Positions 8,054 to 18,732 of a stretch of DNA of 64,000 nucleotides are shown here, piece after piece. Source of the DNA: Candidatus Multivorans sp. (lineage in GTDB: Bacteria; Acidobacteriota; Thermoanaerobaculia; Multivoradales; Multivoraceae); contig OZ251997.1 in NCBI GenBank assembly GCA_965247095.1, positions 4,032,001 to 4,096,000 on the forward strand, written 5' to 3'. The notes below the pieces were generated by a model. It searched no databases, had not been told where the DNA came from, and worked only from the letters and a program-made list of their open reading frames with translations. Position numbers and translations under genes: made by a program. Numbering within the stretch: position 1 is the stretch's first letter; every line of letters begins with the position of its first letter.

Positions 8054-9484
8054 ATGCACGGCTCGCTGAAGCTGTCACGCTTGGGAAGTCTCTTGCGGCT
8101 GGCGTTCGCCCTTGCGCTGGTCCTGGCGCCGCTGGTCCTGCTCGCCGACGAACCCCGATCGGAAGCGTCCCGGGCCGCGGAACCTGAGGACGGGGAAACG
8201 GGGTCGCCTGCGGACGGCGATCCTCCCGCCGAGGCCGACGACCCGGTTGGGGAGTCCGCGCCGGAAGTGATCGTGGCGACCGTGGACTCCGTGATCCAGG
8301 TCGTCGTCGCCGAGTTCATCGAAGAGGTGACCGCGGAGGCGGACCGGGTTGGGGCGGAGGCCCTGATCGTCGAGTTGTCCACGCCGGGCGGCGAGATGCA
8401 GGCGATGCGCAAGATCTTCACGGCCTTCCTGGAGGCCAGAACGCCGGTCGTCGTCTACGTGTCCCCGAGCGGCTCCCAGGCTGCGTCGGCCGGCTTCTTC
8501 ATCCTGCTGGGCGCCGACGTTGCCGCGATGACCCCTGGAACGAATACGGGCGCGGCTCACCCGGTTGCCGGCGGCGGCGAGGACATCCCGGGGGCGATGG
8601 GGGAGAAGGTGACTCAGGATGCGGCGGCGACCATCCGTTCGCTGGCGGCCCGTCGCGGCCGGGACGAGAAGCTGGCGGAGTCGGCGGTGCTCGAGAGCAA
8701 GTCGTTCACGGCGCAGGAGGCGCTCGACGGGGGTCTCGTCGATCTGGTCGCGCCCAGCCTGCAGTCGCTGCTCGTCGATCTCGACGGCCGCGTGGTCGAG
8801 AAGGGCGGGCGGGAGCTGACGCTGGCTACCCGCGAAGCGACGGTGCGCCGCGTGGAGATGTCGGCCTTCCAGCGTGTGCGGTCGGTCATCGCCCACCCCA
8901 ACATCGCGCTTCTGCTGATGTCGCTGGGGTCGATCGGCCTGATCTTCGAGATCACCCATCCTGGAGCGATCTTCCCGGGAGTCGTCGGCGCCGTCTGCCT
9001 GATTCTCGGCCTGTGGGCGATGTCCGTCCTGCCGGTCAACTACGCTGGTCTGGCCCTGTTTTTCGTGGCCGTCGTCCTCTGGGTGCTCGAGATCAAGATC
9101 CCCAGCTTCGGCATGCTGACGCTCGGCGGCGCGATCTGCTTCTGTCTCGGGGCGATGATGCTGTTCCGGGACGCCGACCCGGCGCTGCGGGCGAGCCTGA
9201 ACTTGATCATCGCGGTCGGCATCACGATCGGGCTGCTGGCCCTCGGTCTCGCCCGGCTTGCGCTCAAGGCGCAACGCAACCACGTGGCGACGGGAAGAGA
9301 GGGCCTGCTCGATGAGCTGGGTCTGGTGAGCGCCGGCATCGAGGTCGGCCTGCCCGGCAAGGTGCGGTTGCACGGCGAGATCTGGAACGCGGAATCCGAT
9401 GTCGCGGTCGAGGTCGGCGGTCGGGTCCGGGTCGTTCAAGTGGACGGCATGATTCTGCGCGTCGAACCGGTCGGCGACTCCTAA
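8054..9484 (+). CDS. nfeD: NfeD-family membrane-bound serine protease (long form)
   Basis: 'ELSTPGG', '[17 protein letters not shown]', '[11 protein letters not shown]', TM block, C-terminal OB-fold '[14 protein letters not shown]'; paired with stomatin. Confidence 0.92.
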   Translation: MHGSLKLSRLGSLLRLAFALALVLAPLVLLADEPRSEASRAAEPEDGETGSPADGDPPAEADDPVGESAPEVIVATVDSVIQVVVAEFIEEVTAEADRVGAEALIVELSTPGGEMQAMRKIFTAFLEARTPVVVYVSPSGSQAASAGFFILLGADVAAMTPGTNTGAAHPVAGGGEDIPGAMGEKVTQDAAATIRSLAARRGRDEKLAESAVLESKSFTAQEALDGGLVDLVAPSLQSLLVDLDGRVVEKGGRELTLATREATVRRVEMSAFQRVRSVIAHPNIALLLMSLGSIGLIFEITHPGAIFPGVVGAVCLILGLWAMSVLPVNYAGLALFFVAVVLWVLEIKIPSFGMLTLGGAICFCLGAMMLFRDADPALRASLNLIIAVGITIGLLALGLARLALKAQRNHVATGREGLLDELGLVSAGIEVGLPGKVRLHGEIWNAESDVAVEVGGRVRVVQVDGMILRVEPVGDS

Positions 9485-9515
9485 GCACTTCGAAGAAGAA
9501 AGGACCCTGATCAAT

Positions 9516-10280
9516 ATGGCGAGCCTTCCCTTTATCGGCTTCCTGGTCGTTGCAGGCCTGTTCCTGCTCACCCGGTGGATCAACATCATGGCCGAGTACG
9601 AGCGCGCCGTCGTGTTTCGGCTGGGTCGCATCCTGAAGAAGCCGAAAGGTCCCGGTCTGGTCCTGGTGCTCTGGCCGATCGACCGCATGGTCAAGGTGTC
9701 GCTGCGCACGGTCGTGCTGGACGTTCCGCCACAGGACATCATCACCCGGGACAACGTCTCCGTGAAGGTGAACGCCGTCGTCTACTTCCGCGTACTGGAA
9801 CCGATCAAGGCGATCATCGAAGTGGAGAACTTCCTCTTTGCAACCAGCCAGTTGGCTCAGACGACGCTGCGGTCGATCCTCGGCCAGACCGAGCTCGACC
9901 AACTGCTGAGCGAGCGGGACTCACTCAACGACCGGCTCCAGACGGTGATCGATCAACAGACCGATCCCTGGGGCATCAAGGTCTCCATGGTGGAGGTCAA
10001 GCACGTCGACCTGCCTCAGGAGATGCAGCGCGCGATGGCCAAGCAGGCCGAGGCGGAACGGGAGAAGCGAGCCAAGGTGATTCACGCCAGCGGTGAGCTC
10101 CAGGCGTCGGAGTCCCTGGCCCTGGCGGCGAACGCGATCAGCGTCAACCCCGTCACCCTGCAACTGCGCTACCTGCAGACCCTGGCGGACATCGCCACCG
10201 AGCGGAACTCGACCATTATCTTCCCGCTGCCGCTTGACCTCTTCAAGGCGTTCTCGGCGTTCAAACTGCCCGAAGAGTGA
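9516..10280 (+). CDS. SPFH/stomatin-like protein
   Basis: '[12 protein letters not shown]', '[25 protein letters not shown]', 'LQLRYLQTL'. Confidence 0.95.
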   Translation: MASLPFIGFLVVAGLFLLTRWINIMAEYERAVVFRLGRILKKPKGPGLVLVLWPIDRMVKVSLRTVVLDVPPQDIITRDNVSVKVNAVVYFRVLEPIKAIIEVENFLFATSQLAQTTLRSILGQTELDQLLSERDSLNDRLQTVIDQQTDPWGIKVSMVEVKHVDLPQEMQRAMAKQAEAEREKRAKVIHASGELQASESLALAANAISVNPVTLQLRYLQTLADIATERNSTIIFPLPLDLFKAFSAFKLPEE

Positions 10281-10846
10281 ACCGCGACGCCTACGAGCCC
10301 TATGAGGTTGCTGTCAGCAACAGCCAGATTGCCGCCTTCGTAGCTCTTCTGGCGCTGGCCTTGGTTGGAGCGTTCGCCGCCGGCGTGTGGTGGGGGCGGT
10401 CGAACGATCTCGATCTTGCCGAAACCGAAGCGGCCGTCAGGCTGCCGGACTTGCCGTCTTCGGAGACGGTCGTGGGCATGGCTACTCCTGCCGCCGGTGA
10501 GGTGGAAAGCGAAGCGGCGCTGGCCGAAGCGGTGCGGTTCTTCGGCGCCGCCGAAGAGGGAACGCCGCCGGGCGAGAGCGTTCGCCCGGCCTCCGCCGCG
10601 GCAACGACCACGGCCGGCCTGGTCGTCCAGGTCTTCTCGAGTGCCGACGCCCGGCAGGCGGCCTCGGTGGAGCAGAAGCTGCGCGCGGACGGACACCGCG
10701 CCTTCCTGTCACCCCAGGCGCTCGACGGCCAAGTGATGCAGCGGGTGCGGGTAGGCCCGTTCGAGGACCAGGACTCCGCCTCGGCCGCCGCCGAGCTGCT
10801 CTCCAAACAGTACGGGCTCGAGACCTGGATCACGCCGAACAACTGA
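10277..10846 (+). CDS. SPOR-domain protein
   Basis: N-terminal TM segment; C-terminal 'VVQVFSS...[10 protein letters not shown]' SPOR pattern; GTGA overlap with the upstream gene. Confidence 0.8.
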   Translation: MNRDAYEPYEVAVSNSQIAAFVALLALALVGAFAAGVWWGRSNDLDLAETEAAVRLPDLPSSETVVGMATPAAGEVESEAALAEAVRFFGAAEEGTPPGESVRPASAAATTTAGLVVQVFSSADARQAASVEQKLRADGHRAFLSPQALDGQVMQRVRVGPFEDQDSASAAAELLSKQYGLETWITPNN

Positions 10847-12405
10847 CCGCCGGCCAGCGTACGCCGTCGGCACCGTCGGCGACATGGCGCCTTGTCTCGT
10901 CGATCTGGTTCCAGTTCGCTCTGGCCATTTGCGGCGGCGTTTGGTGGGCGTTCTGTTTCGACGAGCGCCCTGGGTTCCTGATTCCTCTGGCGGCTGCCGC
11001 GCCGCTGTGTCTGATTGCCGGGGCGCCGCTCGGGCCCTGGCGCAGGCTGTGGCTCGGGTGGCTTCACGGCACGGTGGCGTGGCTGATCGCGGTGCCGTGG
11101 CTGTCGACGATGCTGACGGTCTATGGAGGCTTGCCCAGCGTGGTGTCGGCCTGCCTCTTGGCCGTCGTTGCCCTCTACCTGGGCGTCTACCATGGCTTGT
11201 TCTGCTGGCTGGCCGGGGCGGCGCTGGCGCGTCGCGACGTTCTTTCCCTGGTTGCGGCGCCGGCGATCTGGGTCAGTCTGGAACTGGTGCGGGGCGCCGG
11301 CCCTTCGGGATTCCCGTGGAATCTGCTCGCGTACACGTGGGTCGATGTTCCGGGCGCGCTCGACGTGACCCGGTGGATCGGCAGCCTTGGCCTTTCAGGT
11401 GTCGTCGTGGTCTCCGGACTGGGGGTGTTGAGGCTTGCGGACCGCGGGACCCGCCGTCAGGCGATGATCGTTGTGACGGGGGTTGCAGTGCTCTTGACGG
11501 TCGCGCGCTGGACGAATCTCGACCGGACGGCCCCGGCCGGACCGGTGCTTGATGTTCGCGTGGTCCAGCCGAACATCGGCATGATGACGGACGATCAGCT
11601 TCTTGGCGGTCTGGACTATTCGTCGATTCACGCCAACTACCGTCGGCTCTTCGAACTGAGTCACGAGGCCTGCACGCCAGGTGCGCTCGTCGTGTGGCCC
11701 GAGAGTGCCGGCTGGCCGTACGAGCTGGAACGCGACGTGGTACTCGCCCGCGACGTCGAGTCGCTGGTCGGTCGCGGCTGCTCGCTGCTGTTCAACAGCG
11801 CTCGCCGCTTCAACTCCGGCGAGGAGGCGGGGGCGTTCAACTCGGCCTACCTGGTGACGCCCGGCGCCGCGCGGGCCGACCGCCAGACCTACGACAAGAT
11901 GCACCTGGTTCCGTTCGGCGAGTACGTCCCGTTCGCGCGCTACCTGCCCGGTGTGCGCCAGTTGGCGCGGAACACGGGGAGCTTTTCGACCGGGGACGAG
12001 GTGAGGCTGCTCGACATCGGAGGCGCCCGTCTGGGAATCTCGATCTGCTTCGAGATCGTCTTTCCGAGGCAGGTGGCAGCCCGTGTCCGGCGCGGGGCTT
12101 CCGTGCTCGTCACCATGGCGAACGATTCCTGGTACGGCCCGACCTGGGCGCCCCATCAGCATCTGCGAGCTGCCCGCTTCCGGGCCGCCGAGAACGGGCG
12201 GCCGGTGATCCGGGCCGCGATCACCGGCATCTCGGCGCTGATCGATCGCCGCGGCGGGATCCTGGCGACCGCCGACATCGATCAGACGGCCGTGCTGCGA
12301 GTGCCGGTTACGCCGCTCGACGGGATGACGCCGTTCTCCCGCGCGCCCCTGCTGGTGCCGCTGCTTTGCCTCGCACTGGTCGGCTTTGCCATACTGCGCC
12401 GATGA
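10843..12405 (+). CDS. lnt: Apolipoprotein N-acyltransferase (probable CTG start)
   Basis: 'GFPWNLL', 'VVQPNI', 'VVWPESA', 'YDKMHLVPFGEYVP', 'ICFEIVF', 'NDSWYG', 'RAAENGR'; frame is open and hydrophobic back to a CTG at 10843. Confidence 0.92.
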   Translation: MTAGQRTPSAPSATWRLVSSIWFQFALAICGGVWWAFCFDERPGFLIPLAAAAPLCLIAGAPLGPWRRLWLGWLHGTVAWLIAVPWLSTMLTVYGGLPSVVSACLLAVVALYLGVYHGLFCWLAGAALARRDVLSLVAAPAIWVSLELVRGAGPSGFPWNLLAYTWVDVPGALDVTRWIGSLGLSGVVVVSGLGVLRLADRGTRRQAMIVVTGVAVLLTVARWTNLDRTAPAGPVLDVRVVQPNIGMMTDDQLLGGLDYSSIHANYRRLFELSHEACTPGALVVWPESAGWPYELERDVVLARDVESLVGRGCSLLFNSARRFNSGEEAGAFNSAYLVTPGAARADRQTYDKMHLVPFGEYVPFARYLPGVRQLARNTGSFSTGDEVRLLDIGGARLGISICFEIVFPRQVAARVRRGASVLVTMANDSWYGPTWAPHQHLRAARFRAAENGRPVIRAAITGISALIDRRGGILATADIDQTAVLRVPVTPLDGMTPFSRAPLLVPLLCLALVGFAILRR

Positions 12406-13512
12406 TCGCTTCCGACGCGAACCGCTCGCTGACCGAGCTCAGGTCCTGCCTGGACGGTCTGCGGAGGTATCTTTGACCCGGCCGAGGTCCGGGAACAGCT
12501 CGCCGCGCTCGATCATGAGATGGAGCAGCCGGGATTCTGGGACGATCCCAGGCGGAGCGCGCCCATGCTGCGGCGCCGGCGGACGCTGGAACGGCGACAG
12601 ACGACCGTCGACCGGCTGAACGCGGACAGCGACGAAATCGGGGCCTGGCTCGAACTGCTTGCCGAGAGTGCGGAGGCGGTCGAGGGCGAGAAGGACCTGG
12701 GCGAGTTCATCGACCGCGTGAGGCGCGAGACGGAGGCGCTCGACCTGGAGTTGAAACTCTCGGGCGAGGACGACGACCGTAGCGCCCTGCTCGCCATCCA
12801 CGCCGGTGAGGGCGGCACCGACTCCCAGGACTGGGCCGAGATCCTGCTGCGCATGTACCTCCGTTGGGCGGAGCGGAGCGGCTTCGACGTCACGCTGCTC
12901 GAACGGCTCGACGGCGACGAGGCGGGGCTCAAGAGCGCGACCGTCGCGGTACGCGGGGACTACGCCTTCGGTCGCCTTCGCGGCGAGAACGGCGTACACC
13001 GGCTGGTCCGGATCTCGCCCTTCGACGCGGCGAAGAGGCGGCACACCTCCTTCGCCTCGGTCTACGCCTACCCCGAGGTCGACGACAGCATCGACATCGA
13101 GATCGAGGACAAGGATATTCGCATCGACACCTTCCGATCGTCCGGCGCCGGCGGCCAGCACGTGAACGTGACCGACTCGGCGGTGCGCATCACTCACCAT
13201 CCGTCCGGGGTCGTGGTCAGTTGCCAGAACGAGCGCAGCCAGATCAAGAACCGGGCGATGGCGATGAAGGTCCTCAAGGCGCGGCTCTACGACCGGGAGG
13301 TGCAGAAGCGTCGCGAAGAACAGGCCGAGCGCGAGGGGCAGAAGATGGGGATCGGCTTCGGCTCCCAGATCCGGAGCTACGTGATGCACCCGTATCGCAT
13401 GGTCAAGGACCATCGCACGAAGCTCGAGGTCTCGGCCGTGGAGCGCGTCCTCGACGGCGAGATCGACCCGTTCATCGATGCCTGGCTCGGGCAACAGCTC
13501 GAGACGGGGTAA
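12402..13512 (+). CDS. prfB: Peptide chain release factor 2 (programmed +1 frameshift)
   Basis: ATG at 12402 ... GGAGG-TAT-CTT-TGA-C (CTT at 12471-12473); the +1 frame continues into the SPF and GGQ motifs. Confidence 0.97.
12463..12477 (+). promoter_or_regulatory. prfB +1 frameshift signal (internal SD + CTT TGA C)
   Basis: GGAGGTATCTTTGAC is the canonical RF2 autoregulatory site. Confidence 0.95.
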
Positions 13513-13523
13513 GGGGAGATGAG

Positions 13524-15155
13524 GTGTCGGTGACCGGACCGGCAGTCGACTACGTTTCGCCGCTGCCTCCGGTGCGGTCGGGCATCGCCGACTACAGCGT
13601 CGACCTGCTGGAGGAGCTTGCTCCTCTGTGCGACCTGCGCCTGGTGCGCCTGCCCGGGCAGGAGGTGGCGTCCGAGGTCCGGCGTCGCTATGAAGTCGTC
13701 GAACCCGCGGCGCTCGACCCGGTGCGGCGCCTTCCGTTCTACCAACTGGGCAATAACGTGTACCACGAGGGCGTGCGGCGGTTCGCTCTCGAAGCGCCTG
13801 GGGTCGTGACCGTGCACGACCTGCGGCTCCATCACCTCGTGGTCGAGGCCACGCTCGCCAGCGGCGATTTGGACGCCTACGTGGCCGCGCTGGGCGGGGA
13901 GCACGGCTGGGAGGGCTCTGCCGTGGCGATACCGACCCGCTGGGGCGCCCATGGCCGGGCGCGGCTGTTCGAGATGCCGGCACACGGCTCGCTGCTGCTT
14001 CGCCAGCGCGGCCTCTTGGTTCACAGCGACTGGGGCCGCCGTTTCCTCGAGGAGGAGCTGGGTGAGCGGGCGCGCGGCCACTCCCTGCCAGAGGTTCGGC
14101 GGGTGCCGATGCCGATGCCGGCGCCCGATCCGCCGAGCCGGGAGGATGCCGCGGCATGGCGGCGCCGGTTGGGCGTCGCGCCGTCCGCCGTTCTGCTCGG
14201 CTCCTTCGGCTTTCAGACGCCGATCAAGCGGACGGATGTGCTGCTGCGGGCGCTGGCGGAACCCGGCATGGAGGAGGTGCATGCGGTCGTTGCCGGGGAA
14301 GTGGCGCCCCAGCTCGATCTGGCGACGCTGATGCGGGACCTGGGAGTCCAGGACCGGGTCACAGTGACCGGCTTCCTCGACGAGGCCTCCTTCCCGATCG
14401 CCATTGCCGGTTGCGACCTGTGCCTCAATCTGCGCTATCCGAGCGCGGGCGAGACCTCCGCTTCGCTGCTCCGCATCCTGGCCCTGGGACGGCCCGCGGT
14501 GGTCTCGGACTACGGCCAGTTCACCGAACTGCCGGACGACGTGGTGGTCAAGGCGCCGCTCGGGGACGATCCCGGGGAGGAGGCGGAGGCGCTCGCCGGT
14601 CTTCTGCGCCGGTGCCTGGCTGCACCCGACCGGCTGCGGGAGATGGGTGTTGCGGCGCGTTCCTTCATCGAGCGCGAGCACCGGCCGTCGTCGTCGGCCG
14701 GGGCGGTCGCCGAGGCCCTTGTGGAGTGGTCCGGCACACCTGCGCAGGCGTCCACCGTGCCTCCGCCGCCGCGTCCTTCGCCACCCACGTCGTTGACCTG
14801 GGGCTGGTTGCCGGGACGGATCGAAGTCGAAGGCTGTGAACGACCCTGGGCGGAGGGTGAGCGGCGCGCGGTGGAGATCGTGGTCACGAACACCGGCTTC
14901 GCCACCTGGCTCTCGGGCCGTCACGCCGACGGCGGCGTCGTTCTCGAACCCCAGCTCTGGTGCGGCGGCCGCGACCTGTTCAGGGGCAGGCCGTGGATTC
15001 CCCTACCGCACGATCTCGTGCCCGGTGACGCGTGCCGGATCGGTCTGAGGCTCCGCAAGCCGATTGGACCGGCGCGGTTTCGTCTCGAGCCCCACGTGTT
15101 TGGCGGCGGCTCAATGACCCAGTGCGGGGCCCAGGCCTTCGACCGCGACCTGTGA
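13524..15155 (+). CDS. Glycosyltransferase family 4 with C-terminal Ig-like extension
   Basis: 'YVSPLPPVRSGIADYS', 'YQLGNNVYH', 'VTVHD', 'NLRYPSAGETSASLLR'; start at 13524 or 13530. Confidence 0.85.
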   Translation: MSVTGPAVDYVSPLPPVRSGIADYSVDLLEELAPLCDLRLVRLPGQEVASEVRRRYEVVEPAALDPVRRLPFYQLGNNVYHEGVRRFALEAPGVVTVHDLRLHHLVVEATLASGDLDAYVAALGGEHGWEGSAVAIPTRWGAHGRARLFEMPAHGSLLLRQRGLLVHSDWGRRFLEEELGERARGHSLPEVRRVPMPMPAPDPPSREDAAAWRRRLGVAPSAVLLGSFGFQTPIKRTDVLLRALAEPGMEEVHAVVAGEVAPQLDLATLMRDLGVQDRVTVTGFLDEASFPIAIAGCDLCLNLRYPSAGETSASLLRILALGRPAVVSDYGQFTELPDDVVVKAPLGDDPGEEAEALAGLLRRCLAAPDRLREMGVAARSFIEREHRPSSSAGAVAEALVEWSGTPAQASTVPPPPRPSPPTSLTWGWLPGRIEVEGCERPWAEGERRAVEIVVTNTGFATWLSGRHADGGVVLEPQLWCGGRDLFRGRPWIPLPHDLVPGDACRIGLRLRKPIGPARFRLEPHVFGGGSMTQCGAQAFDRDL

Positions 15156-16984
15156 GCCGCCGGGCAACGGTGCGGCGGTGGTCCTGGCTGGTTCTGGCCG
15201 GGCTGCTGACGGCGCTTCTCTTCTTCGCCGCGCTGACGGATGCGGGCACGGCGGGGGAGCGCGAGGTCACCTACCTGATGGCCGCGGCCAGCCTCGCCTG
15301 GGACGGCGATCTGTCCTACGACCGCGATGACTACGACCGCTACGTGCGGACCTGGGAGCGGGAACCCGAGGCCGTTGCGCTTACGACCACCGCCGGCAGC
15401 TCGAAGATCGGTTTCGGCAGGCCGCCGGTCTATGCCGTGGTCGCTGCGCCCTTCGTCCGCATCTCGCCGCGGCGGGGACCCGCGGTGCTGAACTGGCTGT
15501 TGCTGGCGTTTGCCGCGGCCGCCTCCGCTCTGCTGCTGGAGCGATCGGTCGGCCCCTGGGCGCCCGCCTGGATCGCGCTGTGCGTCGCCGGTACGACGGC
15601 GTTCACTCTGCTGCCGCTGCCCTCTCCGGAGCTGTTTCGCCTCGCGGTGTCGGCCCTGGCCTGGGCGCTGGTGGTGCAGGTCATGCCCTCGCCACGACGG
15701 ACGGCCGGACGCGCGGCCGGCTCGCGGCGCCCTATCGAGACGACCGGTCGGACGGTGCTGCGCTGGTCGCTGGTCGGATGCCTGCTGGCGCTGGCGGTGA
15801 TGGCTTCGGTTGACGGGTTCAGCCTGCTGCCGGCTCTTGGGGCGGCGGCGTGGCTCTCGCTGCTGCAGCCGCGCCGGCGGCTCGCGGCGGTTGCCCTGTC
15901 GGCGGCTTCGGTACTGACCTTCGCGGTGCTCTTCGGCGCGGCGGCGCTGGCCCGCGGCGGGGCGGGCCCGGTCGAGCACGAAGTGTTCGATCGCGCAACG
16001 GGCTTTCCGGCGGTCGACTTCGAGGCGGAAGAGTGGAGCCGGACCGGCGGACTGCGCCGCGAGGGCCTCCGCGCCGGCGGCGCGGCGCCCGATCGTCCCC
16101 AGTTCGACATGCGGGCCGCCGAAGGCCTTCGTCTTCCAACCCTGCTGTATGCGCTCGTCGGCCGCACGGTCGGCTTCCTGCCCTACTGCGCTCCGCTGGT
16201 GTGGGCCGCGTTCTGGGGGCTCGCCGCCGGCGGCTGGCGGCGGGTGCTCCTGGTCGCTGCGGTCGGGTCGTTCGCCGCCCGCGCCCTGTTGTTCCCGTTC
16301 GACCTGGGCGACGAGTCCACGACCCTCGGACCGGGCGGTATCGGCGCCTTGGCGCCCATGTTCTGGTTCCTGGTGGCGCGGCTCAGCCTGATGCGGATTC
16401 TCATGGTCGCCGTGTCCGCGGCTCTCGTTCTCTACCCGCTCTGGCTTGAGCCCGACGCGGCGCTGCGACCGGCGCCGCCGCCGGCCGGTCTCCTGAAACC
16501 GTTTCTGCCCCAGGAGACGACCCAGCGACTGCAGCCGGCCGGGTCGCCGGACCTCTTCGTGGGTGGTTTGTGGTTGCGCCCCATCGCCGGCAGGATCGCC
16601 CCCTTCGGGGAGGAAAGCCTGGTGGTGGGAACCGCTGAGCGCGGGTCAGGAGACCCGCGTGAGGACGGTTGGGCCGAGTTCCTGGTCGCCTGGGAGGACG
16701 GCGGCGCCGGCGGCTCGGGAGCGGAAGTGCTTCCCCGGGCCGCGAGGCTCGAGGTGGTCCTCGATGGGAGCACCCGCCTCGAAGTCGTGGGCGCGGAGGT
16801 TGAGGAACGGGTGACCCTGCCGCCCGGACGGACCGCGGTCGGTCTGCGGTTGGCGGCGCCCGTGGCCCGCCATCGCCTGTGGTGGTCGAGCGAACCGGTT
16901 GGCCTGCACCGGCTGCGGTTGACCCTGGGCAATGCCGACGACAGCTCGAACTCGGTTCATCGCCTGGAGCTTCGCCCGCGGTAG
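15152..16984 (+). CDS. Polytopic membrane protein, possibly GT-C-fold glycosyltransferase-like
   Basis: Many hydrophobic segments; 'EVTYLMAAASLAWDGDL' after TM1; GTGA overlap with the GT4 gene. Confidence 0.55.
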   Translation: MSRRATVRRWSWLVLAGLLTALLFFAALTDAGTAGEREVTYLMAAASLAWDGDLSYDRDDYDRYVRTWEREPEAVALTTTAGSSKIGFGRPPVYAVVAAPFVRISPRRGPAVLNWLLLAFAAAASALLLERSVGPWAPAWIALCVAGTTAFTLLPLPSPELFRLAVSALAWALVVQVMPSPRRTAGRAAGSRRPIETTGRTVLRWSLVGCLLALAVMASVDGFSLLPALGAAAWLSLLQPRRRLAAVALSAASVLTFAVLFGAAALARGGAGPVEHEVFDRATGFPAVDFEAEEWSRTGGLRREGLRAGGAAPDRPQFDMRAAEGLRLPTLLYALVGRTVGFLPYCAPLVWAAFWGLAAGGWRRVLLVAAVGSFAARALLFPFDLGDESTTLGPGGIGALAPMFWFLVARLSLMRILMVAVSAALVLYPLWLEPDAALRPAPPPAGLLKPFLPQETTQRLQPAGSPDLFVGGLWLRPIAGRIAPFGEESLVVGTAERGSGDPREDGWAEFLVAWEDGGAGGSGAEVLPRAARLEVVLDGSTRLEVVGAEVEERVTLPPGRTAVGLRLAAPVARHRLWWSSEPVGLHRLRLTLGNADDSSNSVHRLELRPR

Positions 16985-17008
16985 CCCAGCCGAGGAATCC
17001 CGGGGATA

Positions 17009-17596
17009 GTGTCGGTTCCCGTGAGCTGGATTCTCGAGATGCGGCGCATGCTGGAGCAGTCGAAACCGCTGCCGGCAGCGGGAGGAAGCGGCACTCGGGT
17101 CGCCTTGGTGGTGCCGCTGTACGTCGAAGCGGCCGAACTGTGGATCCTGCTGCGGGAGGAGCCGAACGAGACGCCGCCGCTGAGCTTCGCCGCTACGCCC
17201 TTCGAGGGCGACGACCCCTGGCCGACGGTGGCGCGGCTGGTCAGCGTCGGTCTCGGTGTCGAGCCGTCGCGCGTTCTGCGCTTGGGCGAGCTGGACGAGA
17301 TGGGCTCTACAGGTGGTTTCCGGCTTCGTGCATGCGTCGTCGCCGTGCCGTCTCCCGAGGATGACGGCAGCAATGTCGAGGCGCCGCCCGTACGGTTACC
17401 GCTGTCGGCCCTGAGGCATCCCCGGCTGATCGAGGAGCGGACCTTCGAGATCGAGGGACAGCAGGTGCCGCTCACCGTGTACCACGTCGGGCGCCACCGA
17501 CTCTGGGGTCCTCCGCTCGACGTGCTGCTCAGGCTGCTCGAACGGCTGGACCAGCCCGAGTCCGGCGCCGAAATGCCTGTCGGCGGCCTGAACTGA
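17009..17596 (+). CDS. NUDIX-like (CoA pyrophosphatase-like) protein with a degenerate Nudix box
   Basis: 'ALVVPLY...ELWILL', 'LGELDEM', 'YHVGRHRLWG' resemble NudL; the catalytic REXXEE is absent. Confidence 0.6.
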   Translation: MSVPVSWILEMRRMLEQSKPLPAAGGSGTRVALVVPLYVEAAELWILLREEPNETPPLSFAATPFEGDDPWPTVARLVSVGLGVEPSRVLRLGELDEMGSTGGFRLRACVVAVPSPEDDGSNVEAPPVRLPLSALRHPRLIEERTFEIEGQQVPLTVYHVGRHRLWGPPLDVLLRLLERLDQPESGAEMPVGGLN

Positions 17597-17670
17597 TCGG
17601 CCGCGCGGCGCTACAATCGCGCCGCACCTGATCCACCGACATCTTCTCTGAGGAGTACCTGAGACCAGCC

Positions 17671-18732
17671 ATGGCCGATATCGCGCGCATCGAACAGCTT
17701 CTGGGCAGCGAGGCGGAGAGCCTCCTCGGACACGTCTGCACCGGGATTCCGAAGGAGCTTCTGACGGTGCCGGGGCCGGACACCGTGGACCGGGCCTTCG
17801 GCCCTTCGGACCGCAACAACCGCACCCTCGGCAGCCTGGAACGCCTGCTCGAGCACGGTCGCTTGGGCGGCACCGGCTACGTCTCGATCCTGCCTGTGGA
17901 CCAGGGGATCGAGCATTCGGGAGCAGCGTCGTTCGCGCCGAACCCCATCTACTTCGACCCGGAGAACATCATCCGGCTCGCGATCGAGGGCGGCTGCAAC
18001 GGTGTCGCCTCGACCCTGGGGGTGCTGGGCAGCATCGGCCGGCGCTACGCGCACAGGATCCCGTTCATCGTCAAGATCAACCACAACGAGAGCCTGACCC
18101 ATCCTCACACCTACCACCAGGTCCTGTTCTCCCAGGTCGAGCAGGCCTGGGATCTCGGCGCGACTGCCGTCGGCGCCACGGTGTACTTCGGCGCCGAGGT
18201 GTGCCGCGAGGAACTCGTGGAGATCGCCGAGTGCTTTCAGCAGGCCCACGAACTTGGCATGGCCTGCATCCTCTGGTGCTACCTCCGCAACGACGCCTTC
18301 AAGAAGGACGGTGTGGACTACCACGACTCGGCCGACCTGACCGGCCAGGCGAACCACATCGGGGTGACGATCGAAGCCGACGTGATCAAGCAGAAGCAGG
18401 CGACGAAGAACGGCGGCTACCCGGCGATCGGTTTCGGCAAGACCCACGATCTCGTCTACAGCGAGCTGGTCTCCGACCATCCCGTCGACCTCGTGCGCTG
18501 GCAGGTCGCGAACTGCTACATGGGCCGGATCGGCCTGATCAACTCGGGCGGTTCCTCCGGCGGCGCCGGCGACCTGGCCGCCGCGGTGCGCACCGCCGTG
18601 ATCAACCGCCGGGCCGGCGGTCAGGGCCTGATCTCGGGCCGCAAGGCGTTCCAACGGCCGATGGCGGAGGGCGTGGAACTCCTGAACCACATTCAGGACG
18701 TCTACCTCTGCGACGAGATTGGAATCGCTTAG
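17671..18732 (+). CDS. fbaB: Class I fructose-bisphosphate aldolase
   Basis: '[38 protein letters not shown]', '[12 protein letters not shown]'. Confidence 0.96.
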   Translation: MADIARIEQLLGSEAESLLGHVCTGIPKELLTVPGPDTVDRAFGPSDRNNRTLGSLERLLEHGRLGGTGYVSILPVDQGIEHSGAASFAPNPIYFDPENIIRLAIEGGCNGVASTLGVLGSIGRRYAHRIPFIVKINHNESLTHPHTYHQVLFSQVEQAWDLGATAVGATVYFGAEVCREELVEIAECFQQAHELGMACILWCYLRNDAFKKDGVDYHDSADLTGQANHIGVTIEADVIKQKQATKNGGYPAIGFGKTHDLVYSELVSDHPVDLVRWQVANCYMGRIGLINSGGSSGGAGDLAAAVRTAVINRRAGGQGLISGRKAFQRPMAEGVELLNHIQDVYLCDEIGIA

